Source of the DNA: Anaerolineales bacterium
GTDB taxonomy: Bacteria > Chloroflexota > Anaerolineae > Anaerolineales > UBA11579
Direction of reading: 5' to 3'
NCBI GenBank assembly: GCA_025808555.1
Contig: CP075526.1
Span: 1,528,712-1,592,711, forward strand
DNA length: 64,000 nt
Made by a program: the position numbers and the translations under genes. The notes below the pieces were generated by a model. That model searched no databases, was not told the origin of the DNA, and saw only the letters and a program-made list of their open reading frames with translations. How positions within the stretch are numbered: position 1 is the stretch's first letter; the number at the start of each line of letters is the position of its first letter. Positions 41,331 through 50,221 of this stretch are shown here, in pieces.

Positions 41331-43379
41331 ATGGTCGCCAACTTTAATCTTCAGGCTCCTTTCAAACCCACGGGTGACCAGCCCGAAGCAATTGACAAAC
41401 TGCTGGCTGGCTATAAACAAGGCCTGCGCCAACAGGTGCTGCTTGGCGCCACTGGCACCGGCAAAACCTATACGATGGCCAATGTCATCCAGGCGGTGCA
41501 AAAGCCCACTCTGGTGTTGGCGCACAACAAGACTCTCGTGGCCCAGCTGTATGCCGAGTTTAGAGAATTCTTCCCGGACAATGCGGTCGAATTCTTCACT
41601 TCGTATTACGACTACTACCAGCCCGAAGCGTATGTGCCGCGCAGTGATCTTTATATTGAAAAAGAGACCGATATCAACGAAGAGATCGAGCGGCTGCGCC
41701 TGGCTGCCACCACTTCGCTGATGTCGCGCCAGGACACCATCGTGGTCGCCTCCGTGTCGTGCATCTACGGCTTGGGTAACCCCGAAGCCTATGGCCGCGT
41801 GGTGCTCAATCTGGAAAGCGGCAAGCCTTACCGTCGAGACAACTTACTGCGCCACCTGGTGGACATTCACTACGAGCGCAAGGATACAGACTTGGAACCC
41901 GGCGCCTTCCGCGTGCGCGGCGACACGCTGGAAGTCGTGCCCGCCTATCAGGACAAGCTGGCCTATCGCATCACCTTCTTCGGTGATGAGGTGGAGCGCA
42001 TGGTGGAGATCCATACCGTCACTGGCGAGATCCGCCGTGAAATGCAAACCATCGCCATCTACCCTGCCAAGCACTTCATTACTGATGAAGACAAGCTGGC
42101 AGCTGCGATCATAGGTATTGAACAGGAGCTGGTAGAGCGTCTCGCCTTCTTGAAATCGCGCGACAAGCTGCTGGAGGCTCAGCGCCTGGAGCAGCGCACG
42201 CGCTACGACCTGGAGATGCTGCGCCAGGTGGGCTACTGCACCGGCATCGAGAACTATTCGCGCCATATGGACCAGCGCGCCCCTGGTACGCCGCCCTGGA
42301 CGCTGATCGATTACTTCCCGGCTGACTTTCTGATGATCATCGACGAGTCGCACATGACCATTCCGCAAGTGCGCGGCATGTACAACGGTGACCGGGCACG
42401 CAAAGACATCCTGGTGGAATATGGCTTCCGTTTGCCCTCTGCGGTGGACAACCGCCCGCTCACTTTCGATGAATTTGAACAGCGCCTGGGCACAGTGGTC
42501 TACACCTCCGCTACTCCTGGCGAATACGAGCTCAAGCGTGCCCAGCAAGTGGTCGAGCAGATCATTCGCCCCACGGGGCTGATCGATCCCCAGGTGGAGG
42601 TGCGCCCGATCACCGGCCAGGTGGATGACCTGGTTGGCGAGATCAACAAGCGCGTTGCCGAAAAGGAGCGCGTGTTGGTGACCACGCTCACCAAGCGCAT
42701 GGCCGAAGACCTCAGCGAGTATCTGCTGGAGCTCGGTATCAAGGTGCACTACCTGCACTCCGAGGTTGAAACGCTGGACCGCATCAGCATTCTGCGCGAT
42801 CTGCGGTTGGGTGTCTTTGACGTCGTGGTCGGCATCAACCTGCTGCGTGAAGGCTTGGACCTGCCCGAGGTGTCGTTGGTGGCCATTCTGGATGCCGACA
42901 AAGAGGGCTTCCTGCGCTCGGAGACGTCGCTGATCCAGACCATTGGCCGCGCCGCCCGCCATGTGCGCGGCCGGGTCATCATGTACGCAGACAAGATGAC
43001 CGACTCGATGCGCTATGCCATCCAGGAGACCGAGCGCCGCCGCGCCAAGCAGGAAGCCTACAACACCGAACACGGCATTGAGCCGGTGGGCATCATCAAG
43101 GCCGTGCGTGATCTGACCGACCAGATCAAGGTCCAATCTATGGCCGAAGCCAAGGGCGAGTACAAGACCGGCGCCGACAAGGAAATGTCCCGCAAAGAGA
43201 TGGAACGTCTCATCAGCGAGCTGGAAGCCCGTATGCGCCAGGCCGCCAAGAACCTCGAGTTCGAGCAAGCCGCCCTGCTGCGCGATCAGCTCTACGATGT
43301 GCGCACCCTGCTTGCCGAAAGCGCTGACCTCAAGCCCTGGGAAAAGATCCGCGTGATCGCCGGGCGCAGCGAAGAATAA
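41331..43379 (+). CDS. uvrB: Excinuclease ABC subunit B
   Basis: [17 protein letters not shown], helicase motifs, C-terminal UVR domain. Confidence 0.95.
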   Translation: MVANFNLQAPFKPTGDQPEAIDKLLAGYKQGLRQQVLLGATGTGKTYTMANVIQAVQKPTLVLAHNKTLVAQLYAEFREFFPDNAVEFFTSYYDYYQPEAYVPRSDLYIEKETDINEEIERLRLAATTSLMSRQDTIVVASVSCIYGLGNPEAYGRVVLNLESGKPYRRDNLLRHLVDIHYERKDTDLEPGAFRVRGDTLEVVPAYQDKLAYRITFFGDEVERMVEIHTVTGEIRREMQTIAIYPAKHFITDEDKLAAAIIGIEQELVERLAFLKSRDKLLEAQRLEQRTRYDLEMLRQVGYCTGIENYSRHMDQRAPGTPPWTLIDYFPADFLMIIDESHMTIPQVRGMYNGDRARKDILVEYGFRLPSAVDNRPLTFDEFEQRLGTVVYTSATPGEYELKRAQQVVEQIIRPTGLIDPQVEVRPITGQVDDLVGEINKRVAEKERVLVTTLTKRMAEDLSEYLLELGIKVHYLHSEVETLDRISILRDLRLGVFDVVVGINLLREGLDLPEVSLVAILDADKEGFLRSETSLIQTIGRAARHVRGRVIMYADKMTDSMRYAIQETERRRAKQEAYNTEHGIEPVGIIKAVRDLTDQIKVQSMAEAKGEYKTGADKEMSRKEMERLISELEARMRQAAKNLEFEQAALLRDQLYDVRTLLAESADLKPWEKIRVIAGRSEE

Positions 43380-43380
43380 T

Positions 43381-43860
43381 ATGCCGCCGGTCAACAACGT
43401 TACCCGTATGCTGGCTGCCAAGGGCGTGGTCTTTGAGGCTCACGAACTTCCAGCTGAGAAGCTCAGCGGTTTGGAGGCAGCTGCCTATTTAGGCGTGGAC
43501 CCGGCCCAGATGTACAAGACCATTGTTGCCATCCGCCCGGATGGCGGCAAACCCGTGCTGGGCGTGGTTCCCGCCGCGGCCCAGATCGAGCTCAAGGCGT
43601 TGGGCCGTGCCCTGGGCGGCAAGAAACTGCAGCTCGCCACCCAGGCCCAGGCGGAGAAGCTCACCGGCCTGCAGACCGGCGGCATTTCTCCACTGGCCTT
43701 GGTGGCCAAGGGGTTTGAGGTAGTGGTGGACACTAGCGCGTTGCAGCACCAGACCATGTATGTTTCAGGCGGCCAGCGCGGGCTGAACATTTCGATCGCG
43801 CCCAGCAGCTTGCTTGAACTCACCCATGCCAAAACCGCTGAAATTGCGGCTATCATTTAA
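43381..43860 (+). CDS. ybaK: YbaK/EbsC-type Cys-tRNA(Pro) deacylase
   Basis: 159 aa, TGLQTGGISPL motif. Confidence 0.8.
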   Translation: MPPVNNVTRMLAAKGVVFEAHELPAEKLSGLEAAAYLGVDPAQMYKTIVAIRPDGGKPVLGVVPAAAQIELKALGRALGGKKLQLATQAQAEKLTGLQTGGISPLALVAKGFEVVVDTSALQHQTMYVSGGQRGLNISIAPSSLLELTHAKTAEIAAII

Positions 43861-43869
43861 AGACAACAT

Positions 43870-45084
43870 ATGAAGATTGCGCATATTTGCCAGTCATATC
43901 CTCCAATGGTCAGCGGGCAATCCTTTATGGTGGAGCGCCTGGCGCGCGGCGCACATGGCCTGGGACACCAGGTCATGGTCATCAGCGCATCTGACCGCAA
44001 AGAACCCTATACCACTGTCACCAATGGCATTCACCTGGTGCGCCTTACATCTTGGCGCAACCCGCTGCGCGTAGGCCAGCGCCTGACGGTGTGGGGCGCG
44101 GGCGAGATGAAAGCGGCCTTGCTCGACTTCCAGGCTGATATCGTCCATTTGCACGACCCGACAAACTCCGGCTTGGCAGGTATTGCTGCTGCGCGTGCCT
44201 TGCGCATCCCTGTGCTGCTGACCGCGCACGCCATGCCCTGGCTCATCAATGCCTATTTGCCTGATATGCCTGTAGTGGCGCGTACGGTTGAATCAATCTC
44301 CTGGGCTTATGCCCGCGGCGTGATTCGCCGTTGTGATCTCGTTGTCGCCCCCTCCCTGCGCGCTGCCCGCGAAATTCACGAGGAGACTAAAGTGGATGTA
44401 CGCGTGGTCAGCAATGGGGCAGACTTGAGCCGCTTCACCGACGAGCCGCTACCGCGTGAGGAAGAGCTGGACCTGCGCGAAAAATTTGGCATCCCGCCGG
44501 ATGTTCCGATCATCCTGCATGCCGGCCGCCTGGATTCTGACAAGAACGTGCCCGCCGTGGTGCGCGCCGCGGCCCGCGCCATGAAGAACAATGACGCCCA
44601 TCTGCTGCTGGCAGGCGATGGCGTAGAGCGCGAAGACCTGCAGGCCTTGTGCGCCGAGCTGGGCATTGCCGAGCGCGGCCACTTCCCTGGCTTTGTTGAC
44701 TCCAAGACCGATCTGCCAAAGGTGTTCCGCATGGCAACCCTGTTCGTTACCGCCAGCGAGATGGAGGTACAGAGCCTGGTACTGCTGGAGGCGATTGCCA
44801 GTGGCTTGCCCGTCGTGGCGGTGGACGCCACCTCCGTTTCTGAAATGGTGGAGCACGGCAAGAGCGGTTACTTGGTGCGCTCGGGTGATGAGCGCAGCAT
44901 GGCCTCCGCCATCACCAAGCTGCTCAATAACCCGGATGCCAGCTCCTTTGGCCGCCGGGCGCGTGAAATTGCCGAACAACACACTCTTGAGCGCACCTTC
45001 AAGGGCTACGACGAGCTGTATCGCGAAGTCTTGGCCAAGCGCGCCGCCGCGCGTGAGCGCCGCGCTGGCTTGCTCAATCTTTAG
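43870..45084 (+). CDS. Family 4 (GT-B) glycosyltransferase
   Basis: MKIAHICQSYPPMVSG N-terminus; E..SLVLLEA..GLPVVA C-terminal motif. Confidence 0.8.
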   Translation: MKIAHICQSYPPMVSGQSFMVERLARGAHGLGHQVMVISASDRKEPYTTVTNGIHLVRLTSWRNPLRVGQRLTVWGAGEMKAALLDFQADIVHLHDPTNSGLAGIAAARALRIPVLLTAHAMPWLINAYLPDMPVVARTVESISWAYARGVIRRCDLVVAPSLRAAREIHEETKVDVRVVSNGADLSRFTDEPLPREEELDLREKFGIPPDVPIILHAGRLDSDKNVPAVVRAAARAMKNNDAHLLLAGDGVEREDLQALCAELGIAERGHFPGFVDSKTDLPKVFRMATLFVTASEMEVQSLVLLEAIASGLPVVAVDATSVSEMVEHGKSGYLVRSGDERSMASAITKLLNNPDASSFGRRAREIAEQHTLERTFKGYDELYREVLAKRAAARERRAGLLNL

Positions 45085-45136
45085 TCTTGGTTCATAGCAA
45101 GTTTTCACATACATGGTGCACGTATGGCGCGGATGC

Positions 45137-45150
45137 TAGAATATATGTGC
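45137..45150 (+). promoter_or_regulatory. -10 box TAGAAT overlapping the weak palindrome GAAT-ATAT-GTGC, 9 nt before uvrC ATG
   Basis: Two mismatches to GAAC-N4-GTTC; weak. Confidence 0.3.
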
Positions 45151-45151
45151 G

Positions 45152-47014
45152 ATGTTTCCCTCTGAACAGATCCTGGCCCAATTAAGCACCTTGCCAGACC
45201 GCACCGGCTGTTACCTCATGAAGGATGAGGACGGCAAGGTCATCTACGTCGGCAAGGCGTTGAGCCTGCGCAGCCGCGTGCGCTCCTACTTCCATGCTGG
45301 CGCCCAGCACCACCCGCGCACCGAGCACATGGTGCAGCGTGTGCGCGAAATCGAGTGGATCGTAGTCGCTTCTGAGCTCGAGGCTCTCATCCTCGAGATG
45401 ACCCTCATCAAGAAGCACAAGCCGCACTACAACGTGCGCCTCAAGGATGATAAGCGCTACCCCTACATCAAAGTGCATTGGGCTGATCCGTTCCCCAAGG
45501 TGACTGTCACCCGTCACATGGATGCTGATGGCTCGCGCTATTTTGGCCCGTATACCAGCGTGTGGGCGGTGCACAAAACGCTGGATGTACTGCGCAAGAT
45601 CTTTCCTTATCTCACCTGTGACCGCGAGATCACCGGGCAGGATACACGTGCCTGCTTGTATTACGACATCAAGCTGTGCACCGCTCCCTGCATCGGCATG
45701 ATCGATCAGGCCAATTACCGCCAGATGATCTCTGACCTGTGCGAATTTCTCAACGGCCGCACGGAGCCCATCGTCAACCGCCTCACGGCTGAGATGAACC
45801 TGGCATCCGCCAAGCTGCGCTACGAAAAGGCAGCCGCCGTGCGCGACCAACTGCAGGCCATTGAAAGCATCGTGGAGCGCCAAAAGATCATCTCGACCGA
45901 TTACGTCGACTCAGACGTCATCGCCATGGCCCGCTCCGAGCGCGAAGCCTGCGTGCAGGTCTTCTTCATCCGCGGCGGCAAGCTCATTGGCCGCGAATAC
46001 TTCATGATGGAGAACACGGCCGACAGCCCGGATGCGGATGTCATGGCCGAGTTCATCAAGCAATACTATGACCAGGCCGCCAGCGTGCCGCCTGAAGTCC
46101 TGCTGCCGCAGGAAGTCGAAGAAGCCCAGGTGATCCGCCAGTGGCTCAGCAAGCGCCGCGGCGACGGCGGTGTCGAGATCAAAATTCCGCGCAGCGGGCC
46201 TAAGCACGAGCTGATCCAGATGGCCGCTGAGAATGCCGCCGAAACCCTGGCCGCCTTGCAGACTCAATGGCAAGCGGATGCCCACCGCCAGACCCAGGCG
46301 CTGGCCGAGCTGCAGGAGGCGCTGGGGTTGGATGCCGCGCCTGAGCGCATCGAGTGCTACGACATTTCGAACACGCAGGGCACCGCGGCTGTGGGCAGCA
46401 TGGTGGTCTTCGAGCGCGGCGTGCCCAGCAATAAGCTTTATCGCCGCTTCAATATCAAGACGGTTGAGGGGCCGGATGACTTTGCCAGTATGCAAGAGGT
46501 GCTCGCCCGGCGTTTCAAGCGCTGGGCCGCCGCCGAACAGCCCAGCGAAACGCCCGGCAAAAAGCCCGATGCGGCCTTCGCCAAACTGCCTGATTTGCTG
46601 ATCGTGGATGGCGGCCGCGGCCAGCTGGCTCGCGCCATCGCCGTATTGGAAGAATTCCACCTCACAGATCGCGTGCCGCTTATCTCGCTGGCCAAGCAGA
46701 GCGAAGAGGTCTTCCGCCCTGGGTATGCCGACAGCCTGCTGCTGCCGCGCAACTCGCAGGCTTTGTTCTTGTTGCAGCGCATCCGTGATGAGGCCCATCG
46801 CTTCGCCATCACCGCCCACCGCAACCGCCGCAGCAAGAGCAGCCTGGTTTCGCAGTTGGACGGCATTCCCGGCATCGGCCCCAACCGCCGCCGCGCTCTG
46901 CTCAAAGCCTTCGGCTCGGTGGATGCTTTGCGCACTGCTGAGATCGAGCAACTGACCGCCGTCAAAGGCATCACTCCGTCGCTGGCCGCCAGCATCAAGG
47001 GGCACCTTGGCTGA
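45152..47014 (+). CDS. uvrC: Excinuclease ABC subunit C
   Basis: GIY-YIG (GCYLMKDEDGKVIYVGKA), UVR domain, C-terminal HhH2. Confidence 0.95.
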   Translation: MFPSEQILAQLSTLPDRTGCYLMKDEDGKVIYVGKALSLRSRVRSYFHAGAQHHPRTEHMVQRVREIEWIVVASELEALILEMTLIKKHKPHYNVRLKDDKRYPYIKVHWADPFPKVTVTRHMDADGSRYFGPYTSVWAVHKTLDVLRKIFPYLTCDREITGQDTRACLYYDIKLCTAPCIGMIDQANYRQMISDLCEFLNGRTEPIVNRLTAEMNLASAKLRYEKAAAVRDQLQAIESIVERQKIISTDYVDSDVIAMARSEREACVQVFFIRGGKLIGREYFMMENTADSPDADVMAEFIKQYYDQAASVPPEVLLPQEVEEAQVIRQWLSKRRGDGGVEIKIPRSGPKHELIQMAAENAAETLAALQTQWQADAHRQTQALAELQEALGLDAAPERIECYDISNTQGTAAVGSMVVFERGVPSNKLYRRFNIKTVEGPDDFASMQEVLARRFKRWAAAEQPSETPGKKPDAAFAKLPDLLIVDGGRGQLARAIAVLEEFHLTDRVPLISLAKQSEEVFRPGYADSLLLPRNSQALFLLQRIRDEAHRFAITAHRNRRSKSSLVSQLDGIPGIGPNRRRALLKAFGSVDALRTAEIEQLTAVKGITPSLAASIKGHLG

Positions 47015-47396
47015 GACCAAGCTCGCTTGGCTCGTGGACGATGATGAGGAGATGGCTTCCGCCATCGCCCTCATGCTCAAGCTGCTCGGCTACCAGGCAC
47101 GCGGCTTCCTGGATGCGCCCAGCGCCGCTCAGGCGCTCCTGGCCGGCCAACCCTGCGACTTAATTCTGCTGGATCTCAATATGCCTCAGGTCAGCGGCAA
47201 GGACTTCTTGGAGTTCGTCCGCCAGCGCGCTGAGTTCGCCCGCCTGCCGGTGGTCATGCTGACCTCCGAGTTCAACGAGATCATCATGGATGAGCTCTTG
47301 CGCGCTGGCGCAGATGGTTATGTCACCAAGCCCGTCTCGCTGGCGGAGTTGGAGCAGGCGGTTGCCGACGCCCTGCAAGCGCGCCGTGCTGAATAA
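47007..47396 (+). CDS. Stand-alone response-regulator receiver domain (CheY-like)
   Basis: VDDD, LILLDLNMP, VVMLTS, YVTKP all present; TTG start overlaps uvrC by 8 nt. Confidence 0.8.
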   Translation: MAETKLAWLVDDDEEMASAIALMLKLLGYQARGFLDAPSAAQALLAGQPCDLILLDLNMPQVSGKDFLEFVRQRAEFARLPVVMLTSEFNEIIMDELLRAGADGYVTKPVSLAELEQAVADALQARRAE

Positions 47397-47398
47397 GG

Positions 47399-47404
47399 TA
47401 TAGT
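47399..47404 (+). promoter_or_regulatory. -10 box TATAGT, 6 nt before ATG 47411 (leaderless-type)
   Basis: Hexamer-N6-ATG. Confidence 0.4.
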
Positions 47405-47410
47405 TTGCTT

Positions 47411-47521
47411 ATGGCCAAGAAGCAAACCAAGACCAAGCTCTCATTTAGCCAGATCCTTTTTGCGGTGCTGGCGCTGCTCATCATCATTACGATGATTTTG
47501 AGCTCTGTTCTGACAGTTTGA
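47411..47521 (+). CDS. 36-aa small membrane protein (basic N-terminus plus one TM helix)
   Basis: MAKKQTKTKLSFSQILFAVLALLIIITMILSSVLTV; not in the ORF track (below 60 aa); carries the same leaderless promoter signature as larger genes. Confidence 0.45.
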   Translation: MAKKQTKTKLSFSQILFAVLALLIIITMILSSVLTV

Positions 47522-47582
47522 GATAGCTTTTGATAGGCAGGGCAGGGGGTAATAGCGCAAATCCGTTCCGCCAGGAGGTTGT

Positions 47583-49166
47583 ATGGCACGTTTGACGCGC
47601 CCCGTTCTTCTTTTACCCTTGTGTTTTGCACTGGGCCTGCTCTTTGATGTGTTGTTGTGGGATCAGCGCTGGGGTATTTCCTTCACTTTGTTCATCATGG
47701 CTGCCGCCGGCCTCGGTCTATGGCAGGCAAGCCGGCTAAAGCTGCAGCCCGCCCGCCGCAGCTGGTGGCTGCTGGTAGCCGCGCTCGGCTTTGCCGCGGT
47801 TAGTGCCGTCCGAACTGAGCCGTATACGCTCCTGTTCACGCGCGGCTTCTCCGTGTTGATGCTCATGCTGTTCGCCGCCGACCTGCTGGCGGGCCAATGG
47901 CTGCGTTATCGCTTCAGCGACTTCTTCGTCAAGTTGGCCGGCTTGGTGCCCGCCGGCTGGATGGCGGTGAGTGGCTACAAGCCCGTCAGGCGAAGCAAAA
48001 AACAGCCCGCCCGCCCTTGGGCGGCGGTGCTGCGCGGTCTTTTGCTTGCGCTGCCTGTGGTCCTGGTGTTGGCTACGTTGCTGGCTTCGGCCGATAGCTA
48101 CTTTGGCAATTGGCTGGGCGGCCTGGTGAGCTTCCTCAGTTTGGACCGCCTTCCCGAATACATCGCGCGCCTGGTGCTTATCTCGATCGTCGCTTTGACG
48201 GCTTACGGCGCCTATACCTACGCGTTCCTGCGCAGCGGGGCCGGCGCAGCCAAGGCCGCCCTTGTAAAACCGTTCCTTGGTTTCACTGAGACGCTTGTGG
48301 TACTGCTCAGTGTAGCTGTGCTTCTAGCCAGCTTTGTCGTCTTCCAGTTCCAGCATTTCTTCGGCGGCGTTGAGAATATTCTCGGGCCGGAGGGTTACAC
48401 AACCTACGCTGAGTATGCCCGGCGTGGCTTTGCCGAGCTGTGCCTGGTGGCCGTGATCGTGCTGGTTCTCTTCGTGCTGCTCAGCAGCCTCAGCCGCCGC
48501 GCAGCCGCCCAGCAAAAGTACTTCTCCGGCCTCGGTGCCTTGCTGTTTGCGCTGGTGGCAGTGGTTCTGGTTTCTGCCTTCCAGCGCCTGCTGCTGTATG
48601 AGCAGGCGTATGGATTCACCAGCATGCGCCTCTTACCGCATATCTTCATGGTATGGCTCGGCGTTCTGCTGTTGGCCCTCGTGTTGATGGAGCTGACCGG
48701 GCGCCAACAGTACTTTGCCGCGGCAGTCTTGCTTGCCGCGGCAGGTTTTGTGGCTGCCCTGCCCATCCTGAACCTTGACGCCTTCTCGGCCCGTGCCAAC
48801 ATTGCGCACGGGCTGCAAATTCCCCCGCAAGCTTCACGTGAGCAAGTCGTGGACCGCAGCTACCTGGCCAGCCTCTCGTCTGACGCCGTGCCCGCTTTGG
48901 CGCAAGGCTTCCTCAGCCAGCAGGCGGCTGGCAACCATGCGCTGGCCCAACAGCTGGCTGTTGCCCTGGCTTGCAATGCCTACGAAAGCAATGGCTATGA
49001 ACATGCCTGGCGTGATTGGACGCTCTCTCGCCAACAGGCCGCGGCCGCCTGGGCGCACCTACAGTCTCAGCCGGGCTTCCCGGCCATCACCATTCAAGAT
49101 CATGACCGTCAGCTCTTCGCCATTGTGGATGGCGAAGAGATCCCCTGCAATATCTACGAGTGGTAA
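47583..49166 (+). CDS. Polytopic membrane protein (DUF4153/DUF4173-like)
   Basis: About 10 TM helices plus soluble C-terminal domain; AGGAGG SD. Confidence 0.6.
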   Translation: MARLTRPVLLLPLCFALGLLFDVLLWDQRWGISFTLFIMAAAGLGLWQASRLKLQPARRSWWLLVAALGFAAVSAVRTEPYTLLFTRGFSVLMLMLFAADLLAGQWLRYRFSDFFVKLAGLVPAGWMAVSGYKPVRRSKKQPARPWAAVLRGLLLALPVVLVLATLLASADSYFGNWLGGLVSFLSLDRLPEYIARLVLISIVALTAYGAYTYAFLRSGAGAAKAALVKPFLGFTETLVVLLSVAVLLASFVVFQFQHFFGGVENILGPEGYTTYAEYARRGFAELCLVAVIVLVLFVLLSSLSRRAAAQQKYFSGLGALLFALVAVVLVSAFQRLLLYEQAYGFTSMRLLPHIFMVWLGVLLLALVLMELTGRQQYFAAAVLLAAAGFVAALPILNLDAFSARANIAHGLQIPPQASREQVVDRSYLASLSSDAVPALAQGFLSQQAAGNHALAQQLAVALACNAYESNGYEHAWRDWTLSRQQAAAAWAHLQSQPGFPAITIQDHDRQLFAIVDGEEIPCNIYEW

Positions 49167-49177
49167 CTGCCCGCCAG

Positions 49178-49204
49178 GCCCTGCCAGCTTTAAGCTGGCA
49201 GGGC
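49178..49204 (+). terminator. Stem-loop terminator candidate
   Basis: GCCCTGCCAGC/GCTGGCAGGGC 11-bp stem, weak T tract. Confidence 0.55.
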
Positions 49205-49226
49205 TTGGCTGGTATCATTCGCGTAC

Positions 49227-49874
49227 GTGAGCACCCCAAGCCTGCAAGTGCGTGAAAATCAAGATTGGCTGGCGGATCTGCGTGCCGCCTCGCCTGAGGC
49301 CATCGCTGACCTGCGGGCCGTGCTGCTGCGCGGCCTGCGCGCCGCCCTGGCCGGCCGCGTGAACGGTGACCTGGACACCATCAGCGAAGACTTTGTGCAG
49401 GAGGCCGTGCTCAAAGTGCTCAGCAGCCTGGATAGCTTCCGCGGCGAAAGCCGCTTCCTCACCTGGGCACAGAAGATCGCCATCCACGTAGCCTTGTCTG
49501 ACTTGCGCCGCAAGCGCTGGAAGGACGTCTCCCTGCAGGAATACACCGAAACCCCTGAAGGCGAAGAATACACGCCACTGTTGCTGACCGATCCGGGCGC
49601 CTCACCTGAGCAGGAAGCCGCCCGCCGGGACCTGTTGCGCAGCGTCGAACGCCTCATCATGGAAGAGCTCACTGAGCGCCAGCGCACCGCCATGCTGGCC
49701 ATTTTGCAAGATGGCGTGCCCCTGCAGGTGGTGGCCGAACGCATGGGCACCAACCCCAACGCCCTGTATAAGCTGCTGCATGATGCCCGCCAGCGCATGA
49801 AGCAGCGCCTGGAAGAGCAGGCCGGCTTCTCCGCTCAAGAGGCCCTGGCCCTGTTCGAGACCAACGGATCATGA
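49227..49874 (+). CDS. ECF-type RNA polymerase sigma-70 family factor
   Basis: Region 2 (FLTWAQKIAIHVALSDLRR) and region 4 (LTERQRTAM...VAERMGTNPNALYKLLHDARQRM); GTG start. Confidence 0.8.
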   Translation: MSTPSLQVRENQDWLADLRAASPEAIADLRAVLLRGLRAALAGRVNGDLDTISEDFVQEAVLKVLSSLDSFRGESRFLTWAQKIAIHVALSDLRRKRWKDVSLQEYTETPEGEEYTPLLLTDPGASPEQEAARRDLLRSVERLIMEELTERQRTAMLAILQDGVPLQVVAERMGTNPNALYKLLHDARQRMKQRLEEQAGFSAQEALALFETNGS

Positions 49875-49914
49875 GTAATATTGCTGGAGTTTGGGTAGTC
49901 TAGGAGTCGCAGAG

Positions 49915-50160
49915 ATGGCACGCATTAAGTCTTCCACCCTTAAGGAATTGCTGCATCGCATCCTCAAGACCCAGAAGGATGAGATCGGCTGTGAAACCTG
50001 CTTTGAAGGGTTGGACCGCTTTGTAGAGATGGAACTGGACGGCAAAGACGCCGCCCAGGCCTTGCCATTGGTCCAACGTCACCTTGAGATGTGCACGGGC
50101 TGTGGGGAAGAGTACCAGGCGCTCATTACCGCTCTGGAAAGCCTGCAGACGGATCAATAG
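49915..50160 (+). CDS. Small soluble zf-HC2 (ZAS-type) anti-sigma-like protein
   Basis: HLEMCTGC = HxxxCxxC; no TM segment; AGGAG SD before ATG 49915. Confidence 0.6.
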   Translation: MARIKSSTLKELLHRILKTQKDEIGCETCFEGLDRFVEMELDGKDAAQALPLVQRHLEMCTGCGEEYQALITALESLQTDQ

Positions 50161-50208
50161 CCCCATTAACCAAGGATGAGGCCACTCTGGCCTTAAAAAG
50201 GCTGCGGG

Positions 50209-50214
50209 TATAAT
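50209..50214 (+). promoter_or_regulatory. -10 box TATAAT, 7 nt before ATG 50222 (leaderless-type)
   Basis: Within GGTATAATCGCCCGC, identical to the rpmB promoter core. Confidence 0.5.
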
Positions 50215-50221
50215 CGCCCGC

